From Syncephalis fuscata S228 (taxonomy: Eukaryota > Fungi > Zoopagomycota): DNA of 64,000 nucleotides. The stretch covers positions 1 through 64,000 of the forward strand of contig JAHLTZ010000001.1 of the NCBI GenBank assembly GCA_025786725.1, given 5' to 3'. The translations under genes and the position numbers were made by a program. Below are positions 1-11,310 of this stretch, piece by piece. Within the stretch, counting starts at the first letter, position 1. Each line of letters begins with the position of its first letter. The notes under the pieces were generated by a model. The model saw only the letters and a program-made list of their open reading frames with translations, was not told the origin of the DNA and ran no database searches.

Positions 1-344
1 CTTTAGAAATATGGTCTATAGCATAATTCACCGATTGAGTTTCAATGCTACTAAATAGAAATAAAATACACGTTGTTCATATTACATTACAAAGTCCGTT
101 AAAGCTATGAAGTAAAAACAGGAATAAACACGTAACCATATCGACTGCAAAGGCTAACATGAAAACTAGTATGATGTGGCACATGCATGCTTAGCCAAGT
201 GATTATATAAAATACCGATATGCACAATAGTTTGCTATACAACTCAGGACTGAGCCATTGTGTTATTAAACAGAATATACTATAATAAATGTAACGTTAA
301 AGTATTTGTAAAATAAAAATACTATTTTTATTTTATTTTCTGAT

Positions 345-760
345 AACATATTCTATGATAATGAGTAGTTTTTGTGTTAGATGACTTTATTTTTAATACA
401 TTTATTCATTTACTATTAATCTGTTCTATGATGTACCAACATGTTGGGTAAATTGACTTTTATTATTTACACTCCATTTATTAATGAATTAAACTCGGCT
501 GTTTATAAATATTGACTGACAGGCTCACATCTCACAATCTACGTCATCACATTTCCCTTTCTCTTTCTTCACACTTGACAGCATATATCCATTGCATATA
601 CTTGTACACTTTATATATGTTATTTACACTATGTACTTGCATTGCTCTTTTGTAATCTGACCTTTTTGCAAATCACCTTCATCACTCCAATCAATGATGG
701 CATTTTTATTGACATAGTAAATGCACTTTTGGATTGTTGTTATGCTATGTTGAATATATT
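345..760. repeat. Dispersed repeat, copy 1 (direct-orientation partner at ~58425-58880)
   Basis: Long near-identical tracts such as ATGAATTAAACTCGGCTGTTTATAAATATTGACTGACAGG and TACACTATGTACTTGCATTGCTCTTTTGTA occur here and at 58.4-58.9 kb. Confidence 0.9.
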
Positions 761-1791
761 ATGTAAAATATTGCTGTATACTTTGTTTTTGCCATAAATT
801 GTTATTGTAAGTCATCTGGCAATAGCTTTGCAATCTCAATAGCAATAGTGCAGTCAACACTTTGAGACTATATAAGCTGTTACAGCACGATCTACGATAG
901 CGATCTATAGTAAAACAAAGTATATAGTGATTGTGGTGGCTATATCTCTGCCGATTGTCTCTTTATTCTCTTCCACTGCTTGAACAATCTCACTCATCAG
1001 TACTTTTCTGTATGTGGCCAGTGAAGACTGTATGGCGCTGAATTGGCCTTTTTGATATTGCACTATTTGTCCTGAATCAATACTTGACTAGTTTTGGTTA
1101 AGCATTCTTGATTATATACTCGACCAGTTTACAGTTTAAACGCGTGTCATTTATCAAGTTTTGTATGTAAATGCTACTACAGTTTATTGAATATGCTATA
1201 GTTTCTGCAAACGTACATGATGTTATACAATAGCCGTATGCGTTCTCATATTGATATATTTATTTTACTATAGATATACTAGGAAAAAGATTATAAGTAT
1301 ATCTCTTTTGTTTTATTAGAATGTAAAGTGCTATAAATACAAATAAATAGTCAAATAAAGTATAGGATTATTAATGATAAAGCATAGTATGTATATGTGC
1401 ATATGTTAAATAAACCAGATTGAATCTACAAATAATATAACTACATATAAAAATACGCTTCATTGATAAAAGTAGCTAATAGAACATGAAATGGATGAAT
1501 AAACAAAAGAATATACAACCTAGTAAACACAATAGATTGAATAAATTAAATATATAATAAATATAGCTAGTAATAATGAGATAGATTATAAACAATGTGT
1601 AATCAATAGACAATACAATGATATGCAATGGGAAGATGAATAAAATAAAGTTGGAGAAATAAAAATAAACAATAATACTATTTTAAAAAGTTAATTAACT
1701 TTACATCTACGTATTAGTCATTACATTGTAATCATTATAATAAATTCATTTTAATATTAATAAACACTAATCGACATATAATATTTAAAAT

Positions 1792-4507
1792 TTAATGATT
1801 ATTGCCTGTAGTATTTGTTACGGCAACTGTTGCTACCGTTGCTACTGCTGTTGCAGTTGTGGGTATTGTGGGTATTATGGGTATTGTTGCTGCTGGTATT
1901 GTCGTAGGTAATGTCGCTGATGAAATAGATAATGCTACTGATGTTGCACCAGGTGCTGTCGCGGCTGCGGTTACTGCTGTCGTATCCATAGGATTAGACG
2001 AAGATAGCGGTGGATTAACCATGGTCGGCGTAGTCATATTAGAAGGATGAAGACCTCCACTATGGCTAAATATACCAGTGGCATGACCATGAGGTGTATT
2101 TAATAAAGGATTATGACCCATAAGACTATTACTAGTATTACCAACAGCACTATTTGTTATATTGCTTCGTTCTTCAAGTGCATCATAGGCAATCACCGTT
2201 TCTTTAGTTACGCGTTGCCAATGATGATGATCAAAAATAACAAATCGACCACGTTCATGCGTGGCTGTCTTTTGTATAGGTTCAAGTGATGTGGCATCCT
2301 TGGTTAGCCACACACCATGTTCTTTATGATAACGCCAATGACGATTATAAAGTTCTTGAGCTGCTGCATCCTGTAGTATGTCTTGCGGCATTGCATAGAA
2401 TATATAAAATAGCGTCTCTTCAGAGAATACCGTCATCTTTTGTTGAGCTGGCGGGGCCGGTTGTACCAAATAACAGGGTGGCAATCGATAATCAGGCTCC
2501 ACCGGTAGTTGACAAGGCTCTGTTACTGTAGATGTTACAGTGGCATAAAGTGGACTAGGACAATTGAGTGTAAATTAGTAGGATGTTATAAATACTCATT
2601 ACACTTACTCGCCCAAGTTAAGATTAATACCTAGATTTGTAAGATCGCTGCCTAAATGTAGCATCGTCAAATCACCATTCGATTTAATAACATCTCGCAG
2701 GGCAAGTAATCTCCATTGTTGAGTGGATCCGAGGGAAAGCCCATAGGAAAGTTCATAGAAGTAGTGGTGGCACTTGGTGTTGTCGGTAAATGAACATTAC
2801 CATTACCACTAGCATTACTGCCTGTATTATGGTTATTTAGACCTGGTGTAGGTGACATAAGAGGTGCAGCCGGTGATGCTCCTAATGGATGATGTGCCGT
2901 ATGTTGAGTATGTGATTGATGTGACAATAGCAATGAGGGTGGTAATTGGGAATGCGAATACAAAGGCGGTGTTGATACCGATACCGATGCTGTTAAAGAG
3001 GCCAATAACGAAGAAGTAGATCCATGAGATGCTGTATGGATTGTACTATTCAAATTATGACCATGACTAGTATCTACTAAAGGCGATAATGGACCTTCTG
3101 TTCCGTGGTGTTCCTGTGACCATTGTATTCTTTGTATCAAGTGGTGGTGTTGGATGTGTATGAGGAGATACAGCCGAGTGATTAAATACGTCCTATTGTA
3201 TTATTAATAACTGTTTATTAATCTACTATCATGTATGTTAACACTTACCAATCCAGTTGATATCTTTTCATGAGATATAGATGAGGGAGCCGTTGTTGTT
3301 GTTGTTGTAGTGGTCGTTGATGTAACACTATTTATATTACTATTTGAAGAGACGGCTGTATTGTTAGCTTGGCTATTTGCCTGAGCAGCCATAATACGAC
3401 TGGCCAGTGTTGCATGATGGTCTGAGGATCCCCATACACCATTAGCAATAACAGAATTGGATCCACTTATTGGTCGTATTGTCATATCTATTAAATAAAT
3501 AAACAACTAGTTAATTACATTTATCTATATTATTATTCTATTTACCATTGGACATATCTGTAGTATTTGTACTATTATTACTATTGTCTGATATATCATT
3601 AACTCCATTCAGTCTCCGTGCTACAACTGCTGCTGATGTCTCGTGTAGTGATGTTGGTGCCGATCCTGGTAATCGATCACCAGTTGGTTTTAGTGTCTGA
3701 CTATCAGATGAAGGTGTAGTAGAACCACCAAGGGCCGGGAAATCATCAAGAGTAAATTCGCCAACTTTTCTTTGTTGATTTGCCATTGATAAACTGGCTG
3801 GACTTGCACCTACTCAATTCAAAATATTAATACATTTTATATAATTATTATTGTGGTAATTACCTGGTACTACTGGTGAATGACCAAAATGTAATGCATG
3901 AGCTGCCCCATTAATGGGTAATGATCCTACTGACGATGATAATAATGATGCAGCATTTGGTAATGATCCTATTGAAGTGTGTGCATGATGATTAGTGGCC
4001 ATAGTCGATGTAGACGATACAGATGTGGATATTGTATGACTGTGTTGTTGTTGTTGTTGTACCATTGGATTACCCAACATTAATAACGATGATGTAGGTG
4101 TCGGTGATACTATAGATGTTGTTGTAGATGTAGATAGACCTACACCATCCATCATCATCATTGTATTTGTAGGCGTTGTTGCTACTACTGCTGCTGCTGG
4201 TATAGAATGACTTTGATCATTGGGTGTTGAAGATGGACTCATTGCTGTTACGCTATCATTATGACTATGATTTACTGTAGATGACGTACTACTAGGTGGT
4301 GGAGGTGTTGCTCCTAATGCAGGGAATTCTGACATATCCAACATGGCTGGTGGTCGATTTCGTGGCGGTTGTCTCGATGTTAACGAGAGTGGAAATGCCC
4401 ATGATGCCGTGGGTGTCGGCGTCCCACCTATTATAATATACACATAATAACACAATTATTATACCATTTAATTCATGTTAATTTAACTTACCCGAACGAT
4501 TTGCCAT
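1792..4507 (-). CDS. NOT2: CCR4-NOT subunit NOT2 (multi-exon; apparent 1-nt frameshifts near 2720 and 3100)
   Basis: C-terminal NOT-box: FSEETLFYIFYAMPQD...ELYNRHWRYHKEHGVWLTK. After frame correction, LHLGSDLTNLGINLN. N-terminal SEFPALG and DDFPALG motifs. ATG at 4507 is followed by a GTAAGT intron. Confidence 0.9.
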
Positions 4508-4891
4508 CAAAAATAAACTAATTAATATAAATATAACCATATAATTATTTGATTATTTGATTATTTGATATAAGCGCGTTGATTAATCATTAATCATTAA
4601 TTATTTATATATAAATTGCCTACCAGTGAGCTAATAGTAGTAATAATGATAATAATAAAATACTAATAATCACAGTGCGATCTGGAATATCACGAGGTGG
4701 TTTGGACGTGTGGTTACTAGGATATAACAAATAATCCTGTATAAACAATAGACCAATTTATAAAGGTTAGCGACTATTAATGATATAATTGCTATTATAT
4801 ACGCGATAGAATCAACGATTCGTCATTTTATATATATATATATATGTCGGTTTATTATAGGCTCGGCAATTAAAGGAGCTTTTTATAATCG

Positions 4892-5083
4892 CAAGTCACT
4901 ACAAGTAACGAGGTGTTTGCTTATCTATGGCGCGGATCGTGTCCATCGATAACAATATTAAGCGAATCCATCAGTATAGCCACTCATCTAAACATTCAAT
5001 ACTGATGGATTCGTTCGATAATCCCGTTCACGGACACGATCTGTGCCACAAGAAGCATACACTTTTGTACTCGTAGTGACTTG
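4892..5083. other. Long imperfect foldback hairpin (~190 nt) within predicted NOT2 5'-UTR intron (4737-5131, minus strand)
   Basis: CAAGTCACTAC pairs with GTAGTGACTTG; TGGCGCGGATCGTGTCC with GGACACGATCTGTGCCA; GCGAATCCATCAGTAT with ATACTGATGGATTCGT. Confidence 0.85.
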
Positions 5084-5372
5084 ATGACCACCATGTTTGT
5101 TATTGTTATTACTACTATTTTTAATACTTACCAGTCAAATAGAAAACACAAGGAATAATAGTGCTGCTACTAGCAATAATAGTAGTGGTGGTAGTAGAGT
5201 GCTTATCGATCAACTTATGTTGATAAAGACTTTTGTGTGAATATGTAGGGGATAGAAGAGAGGGAAGAAAGGAAAGAGCATTCACACCCATAGATACTCC
5301 ATTGTTAATAAAATGAATTTAATATATTAACTAATTAGGTGACTGTGTAAGTATGAATTTATTATAATATTG

Positions 5373-8300
5373 TTATATACTGCTACTGGTCATCATTTTA
5401 TTTTCATTTAATCCAATAAATGGCCTGTTAAAGGTTGTTGTTGTTGTTGTTGTTGTTGTACTGTTGTGCTGTTGTTGTAACTGTTGTGGCTGATACGGTT
5501 GTGGTTGAATAGCCGTTTGAGCATACGCTACAGGAGGTGGTGCAGTGGCCGTTTGAACATAGCCTTGAGGCTGTTGTTGTTGTTGTTGTTGTTGTAATGG
5601 CGGCATATAACCATAGACTGGTTGTTGTTGGCCACCTTGAATTGGCTGTTGTGGATGTGGTGTTGCTGGATAGTTGTTGGCATAGATTGGTGCTTGACCA
5701 TAAGGTTGAGATGCATAGATGGGTTGTTGTGGCTGTTGTGGTGGTGCTATTGGCGATTGAGCGTAGACAGGTGTTGTGTGATGGGATATACTATTATTCT
5801 GCCATACTTGTCCTCCTGTCATGGCTGGATTATAGGCAATTGGCTGTTGTTGTTGTTGTTGTTGTTGTTGTTGCTGTAATTGTTGTTGTGGTGGCGATTG
5901 AACATACATAGCTGATTGATGCTGTTGTGGTATTGATTGCACCGGGGCGTACAAAGGCTGTTGTTGTTGTGGCTGTGTGCCATACATTGGCTGAGATGTG
6001 GCCATCATAGCTGTAGAATGTGCGCCAGATGATGAATTTGAATTAAGATGTACTGTTTGATTCATATTTGGACTATTTGGCTGTGTTGTATAAACTGGAG
6101 GTGCAGGTTGATAATGATTGGGCTGAGGAGCACCAAGTGGTCTTTGTTGTAATTGAGGAGACAAGTTGGTTGTTGTATTACGATTAATATTAACATGTCC
6201 AAAGGTATCCATCATAGGTGCAGATGTAGTAGGCACAGCATACGCAGGTTGTTGCGATACATTGCCATAAACTAGTGTTTGTTGCGGTAATGACTGCTGC
6301 TGCTGCTGCTGCTGTTGTTGTTGTTGTTGTTGTAACTGTGGATGTTGTTGTTGTTGTTGTAAAGGTGCCATTGGTTGTGGTACTGAAGAAGTTGTTTGTG
6401 TATTGACACCTAGATTGGCTAAACGGTCCTCTAAATGTCGCATAACATCTGAAGCCGTGTCAATACCACCTTGATCGGTAGATGTGCTAGGATTGGCACT
6501 GGTATCATTGATCGGCTGCTCTATCAATCCTAGTTGCGCCTTAAGTGTATTGGCTGTTTGTCGGCTACTATCTGTTTGTGCATTCAATACCATTCGATTT
6601 CTTTCTTCTTTGCGTTGCTGTGCATAATCACGGGCATTTCGCTCTAACGGGCCTAGTAAATCGGCTAGATCTACGTAAAACTGTACACCTTTACGTGCCC
6701 CTTCTTTTGCTTCTCTGTAAGCTTCGCCGGCTTGTTTAATGCGTCGTTCAAGCTCGTTTCGGTTTTTCTCGCTATTATCCCAAGCTTTTTGAACACGTTT
6801 GGCTTCTGACGACTCCATTAGGCGTCGGAATCGTCCAGTCAGTTCTTGGACAAGTGTTTGTTGCCGCTGTACTGTCGTGCCAATTCGCGATGTATGCGCT
6901 CTAAACTTATCCAGTTCCTGCTGGAATATCTGCTGCTGAGCTTGGTCTGAGGCACGTTTGTTAAGAATAAGCAAATGGCCAATATCGTCCTGTTGTATGC
7001 GCTTCTTTAAGTCTTCAAGCGTGTCGATTCGCTCTTTGCGTACTTTGTAAGACGAACCAATGCTTCTTCAATGCTTGATACTAATTCTGGTAAAGCAGAT
7101 CCTTCACCCAAATCCAGTAAGGCTGATTCATCGCGTCTTCTACCTTGGTCGCCATCGCCGTTTGAGCGTATAATAGCGTCAAGATAAAGGCGTTCAAGTA
7201 CTTCGTCCACTGGACGGCCATTAGCCTGATTACTGGTACGTAGCATGTCAATCAACTCTCTATGCTCTTCTAATCGTTCGGCCAATCGACGGTCGGTTTC
7301 CATGGCCTTTTCAAGTGAGCCACGATGCGTACGTAGATCGGCACGTAGCGCAGCCGTTCGTTGGTCAGAAGCCGGTTGTGCACAATTGTCGCCGTGTGTA
7401 TTAACAAAAGCTTGCCATTCAGTAGCTTCGTCGTCAAGTATACGCTGAACGCCAGTAAGTTGGTCGCGTATACCAGCCGATAGTCCATCGATCTGAGTTA
7501 CTAGCTCTTCTACCGGTGCACCAGTGGCTTCTTCAGATGCTAGCCAACCAGCCAGTCCACGAATCTCTTCGCTTACCACAAGGAAGGTACGTTCTAGCTT
7601 ATCTTCACCTTTGAATTTACGCAAACAGCTGGGTAAATGCATAAAGGACAGTGCTGCATCTAATTCAGCATTGGCTTGTTCGCAACGATCCGTGGCTGCA
7701 CGTACTAATTTAGCCTTTTCTTCTGAATAAACAGATGCTTGTTCATGCACTGCTAATGGTACTAGTTTTTGGAAAATATCTGATCCAACTACACGAGGTA
7801 CTTCAGTGGCTGGATAGATTTCAGAAATGGGTGTAGCCTTAACAGCGCACAATTTCTCCAACGGCGATAGTGTGTCAACTGACGGTACTGTAGCATGATA
7901 AATCATGTCATTATCATTGCTTGCTTGTTTTTTAGCTTCTACAATCGATGCATGTAGTGAACGGGCCATATCAACCAATGCCTGACCTGCATCAGCTGGC
8001 ACTGTTGGACAGGCAGAATGAGAAAAGTTTGAAGAGAAGCTAGTTGCCTGTTTTAACGCATCTTTTGCCGCTACTTCCGCTGAACTTAGACGAGCAACCC
8101 ATTCGCCATAATTGCCCTCTGTCTCACAAACACCAGCACGTATTTGTTGGGCAACTGCTGTAAAATGGCGTTGTTTAACTTGGCATACCAATACCCAGGA
8201 ACGATCGAATATACCGTTGTTTACACCTTCCGACAATGCTTCATGCGTTGTGCCGTATTGCCACGCTAGCCATGCAGCTAATCGTGCCCTTAATGAGGCC

Positions 8301-8960
8301 GATTTGCCATCGCTTCGTTCTAGAACACATTCTTGCGCCTGTGCTAGCATCAATCCGGAAAGTGCACGCACTGTATCTTTATGAAGGTCTTGAGTAGGTG
8401 CATGTAGAAAGTTATCATTGATATAAATATAGATACCAGCAGCTGACTGAAAAGCGTTATAGGCAACAGAAGAAGGTGAAGCACCATTAGAAACGGCCTC
8501 TTTTGCAATACGTGGCTGTGCTGCACCGATAGCCGATATAACAGCAGCCAAATTGAAAATGGTACAGGCTTTTTCGTAGGCCAACGAATGCTGAGAAGTT
8601 GGTCGACGAGTAAACGCGTCATGCCTATTAGTTCAGTTATTAGTTATTTAAATATATATATCTATATATATTCTACACTTACCAATTAAACTGTACTTTG
8701 ACGTGATGTTCATCAACTGGAAATCTCAAGTCAAGTAGTTCTAGTTGACCAAAATACCGATACAATAAATCCCGTCCAGTAGTATCTTTGCCCGCACCTC
8801 GCACATCCTGTCGTAGCCGATTAAGCTGATGACACTCTTCACGGTACTTATCGGGATCTTCCTGGTAGGTTAGGCCAATATGGCGTCGTATTGGACTAAC
8901 CCAGTCGACTTCATCGGTGCGTTTAAGCGGCACATGAATGAACGGACTCTGGAGCGACAT
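5373..8960 (-). CDS. BRO1: BRO1/ALIX-family ESCRT-associated protein (Bro1 domain, V domain, Q/P-rich tail); one intron; frameshift ~7045
   Basis: LKRTDEVDW...LNRLRQD...GRDLLYRYFGQLELLDLRFP, YEKACTIFNLAA, DNDMIYH, ASVYSEEKAKLVR. The frame is restored as KVRKERIDTLEDLKKRIQQDDIGHLLILNK. Confidence 0.95.
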
Positions 8961-9703
8961 AGTTCACGCAGTGTATGAACACACGCTTATGCACAGTTAC
9001 TAACAGCTAAAACAAAGAGATGAAGCCGAATAAGCAAGTAAACGGTAAAGTAGTGGCAATAGGAAAATAACGACTGAGGTAACCGTTAGATACAAGTGTT
9101 GTTGTTGTTGTTGTTGTTGTCTATCAACGAGTGTCAAGTGAGTAAAGGGAAAGCAAGCGATAGACAATGAGAACAAAGTAAAAGAGCAGTAGATGCAAGG
9201 AATACAACAAGAACTGTAAACTGCAGTGTTAAGCAATCAACAAAGTTAAAAGGTAAAGTCTGTGGATATAAACATAAAAGTGAATTGCTATGATATTACG
9301 TAGACTTGTAGGAAATAAGGCAATCTGGTGACTGGAAATGATCACATGCATAATTGGTATGATGATGATGACCAAATGTGTATAGAAATAATACGGGCAA
9401 TATAGATAGACTGTTTATTGTACTGCATTGTATAATTGTTAATTGAATTTATTGAATTGTACTAATAGATATGTGTTAATTATTAAGATTAAAGATATGA
9501 TTGATTGTAGACAAGAATTACATTGTAATGAGTCTATTAGTGTATTCTATTAATTAATTGTCAATTAATATACTATCTAAAATAAATGACTATAGCGGTA
9601 TATTATTAATTAAATTATTGTTATAATATATGGAATCATATTGTGAATATAAATTATAAATAGCTGCATGTTCATTTATTGCATAGCCAAGTGTTAAAAG
9701 CTT

Positions 9704-10937
9704 TTATAAAGGTGGACTATAGGAAGGTGGATGTTCATATGGAGGCGGTGAAGATTCATATGGAGGCGGTGGATTATCTATACCATTCTCGTCATTAGCT
9801 TGAGAGCGTGCTCCTGAAATAAATATCAGATTAGAATGTTAATATGCGATAGAAATTTAATTAATTATCTTCTTACCTGAAAGATTTTGGGATGAGCCTC
9901 TATTATGTCGGAAGATTTGAGCTGGTGATAATTCAGGAAATGTTAAGTCGACAGGTGGACTACCTCCACGGTTTCGATTGGTACGAGATCGGTTTCGATT
10001 GGTACGTGGAGGGCTGATTATATCGTTAAACATGCTGTCAAGCTGGTTTTGTAGCAATCTTCTATTTTCATCTTTTAAGTTTATCAATGCTCTTCCGCTG
10101 ACACCAGATGTATCTAGGCTAGCTGCATTTGAGAAATCTCGAAGTACAATGGTGTTATCGTTATTAAAACAAATACCTAACCACAAAATATTAGTAACAA
10201 GTTTAAAGTGCGTATATCCCAACTTACCATAAATTGATCCCATATAGATCCAGCCAATGTTTTCTAAATTAGCGACACCTACAAATAGTTGCTATTAGTA
10301 ATTGTACTACTGTGATATATATATTGTACCTTGCTTTACAAGATCAAATATTCTTCTCGCCTCCGTATCTCTTTCTCGTTGTGATGAAGAACCAATTGTA
10401 ATGAGCTGAGATGTAAGAGGACGATCACATTTGTATTCGACAATAAAGCATTTTCCCAGGTCTATAGGAAATGAGTGTTTAATAGATGGAAGATATTTGG
10501 CCTGATTGCCAAGTGATGCAATTGGAGCTTTGCTCATTATATCCTAATATTTTGAATGTTATTCATTGGCAAGTATAAAGTGTAATGATATAAACATACC
10601 GTATAGACTTGTATTTCCTTATTGTTTTGATTTCTACTTAAAATGGTATTACAGATAATATGGACATTGCTGCCCTTATATTTTCCATCTCCATAATATA
10701 CGTTGTTATCTTGTCTAATATTTCTAGAAATTACTAGATCCTCTTGATCAAAAGCACCGGGTACATTTAAACGCTGACCAAGAAATGTAGCTTTCATAGA
10801 AATGATATTAATATTAATGCAGTAATGTAGTGTGTTAAATATAACTACCTACTTTCGCTCGAGGTAACTAATACGGTATATTGTGCTAATGTTAATAAAA
10901 GTAGTCTAGTGACTACAGATTGGTAGCGCAGTAGCAT
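9704..10937 (-). CDS. Putative secreted degenerate kinase-like (pseudokinase) protein with C-terminal PPxY repeats
   Basis: Exon 1 MLLRYQSVVTRLLLLTLAQYTVLVTS is signal-peptide-like. Kinase-like segments: YGDGKYKGSNVHIIC, KEIQVY, CFIVEY, RIFDLVKQGVANL, GICFNNDNTIVLRDFSN. Last exon reads GARSQANDENGIDNPPPPYESSPPPYEHPPSYSPPL*. Confidence 0.6.
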
Positions 10938-11310
10938 AACGAAACTATTGTATAATATAAAAAATACTAGCTCGTCAGAGTAAGGATATGGCTTATAAAA
11001 ATAATCGATAAAATTGTAAAAAATCTACAATTTTATAGCTACAAAGCCATGGAGCTTCAAAACTCAATTAGGTTTATTTTAGTAACTTGAGCATATTACA
11101 CTTGCCATTTATAGTAGTATGGCTACATTAGTATTGCACGTTGTGGTCATTTTAAATCATGTTTCCATTATTGTTTTAACGTGTGCATGGCTATTGTTTT
11201 TAGCAAAGAATAAAACCAAACAATATGTAACTTTGTTCTACTTGAAGTAACATTATATAAAACATAAACGAATAATAATTAGTTTTTATTAACTAGATTC
11301 AAATAATTAG

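Noticed and set aside
9061-9073. AGGAAAATAACGA resembles part of U12 snRNA
   Set aside because: Lacks the upstream TGCCTTAAAC...GAGTA segment, the stem-loops and an Sm site; it lies in the BRO1 leader region and is likely chance.
10982-10990. ATATCCTTA on the minus strand upstream of the secreted gene
   Set aside because: No matching U12 branch point or AC acceptor, and no coding requirement.
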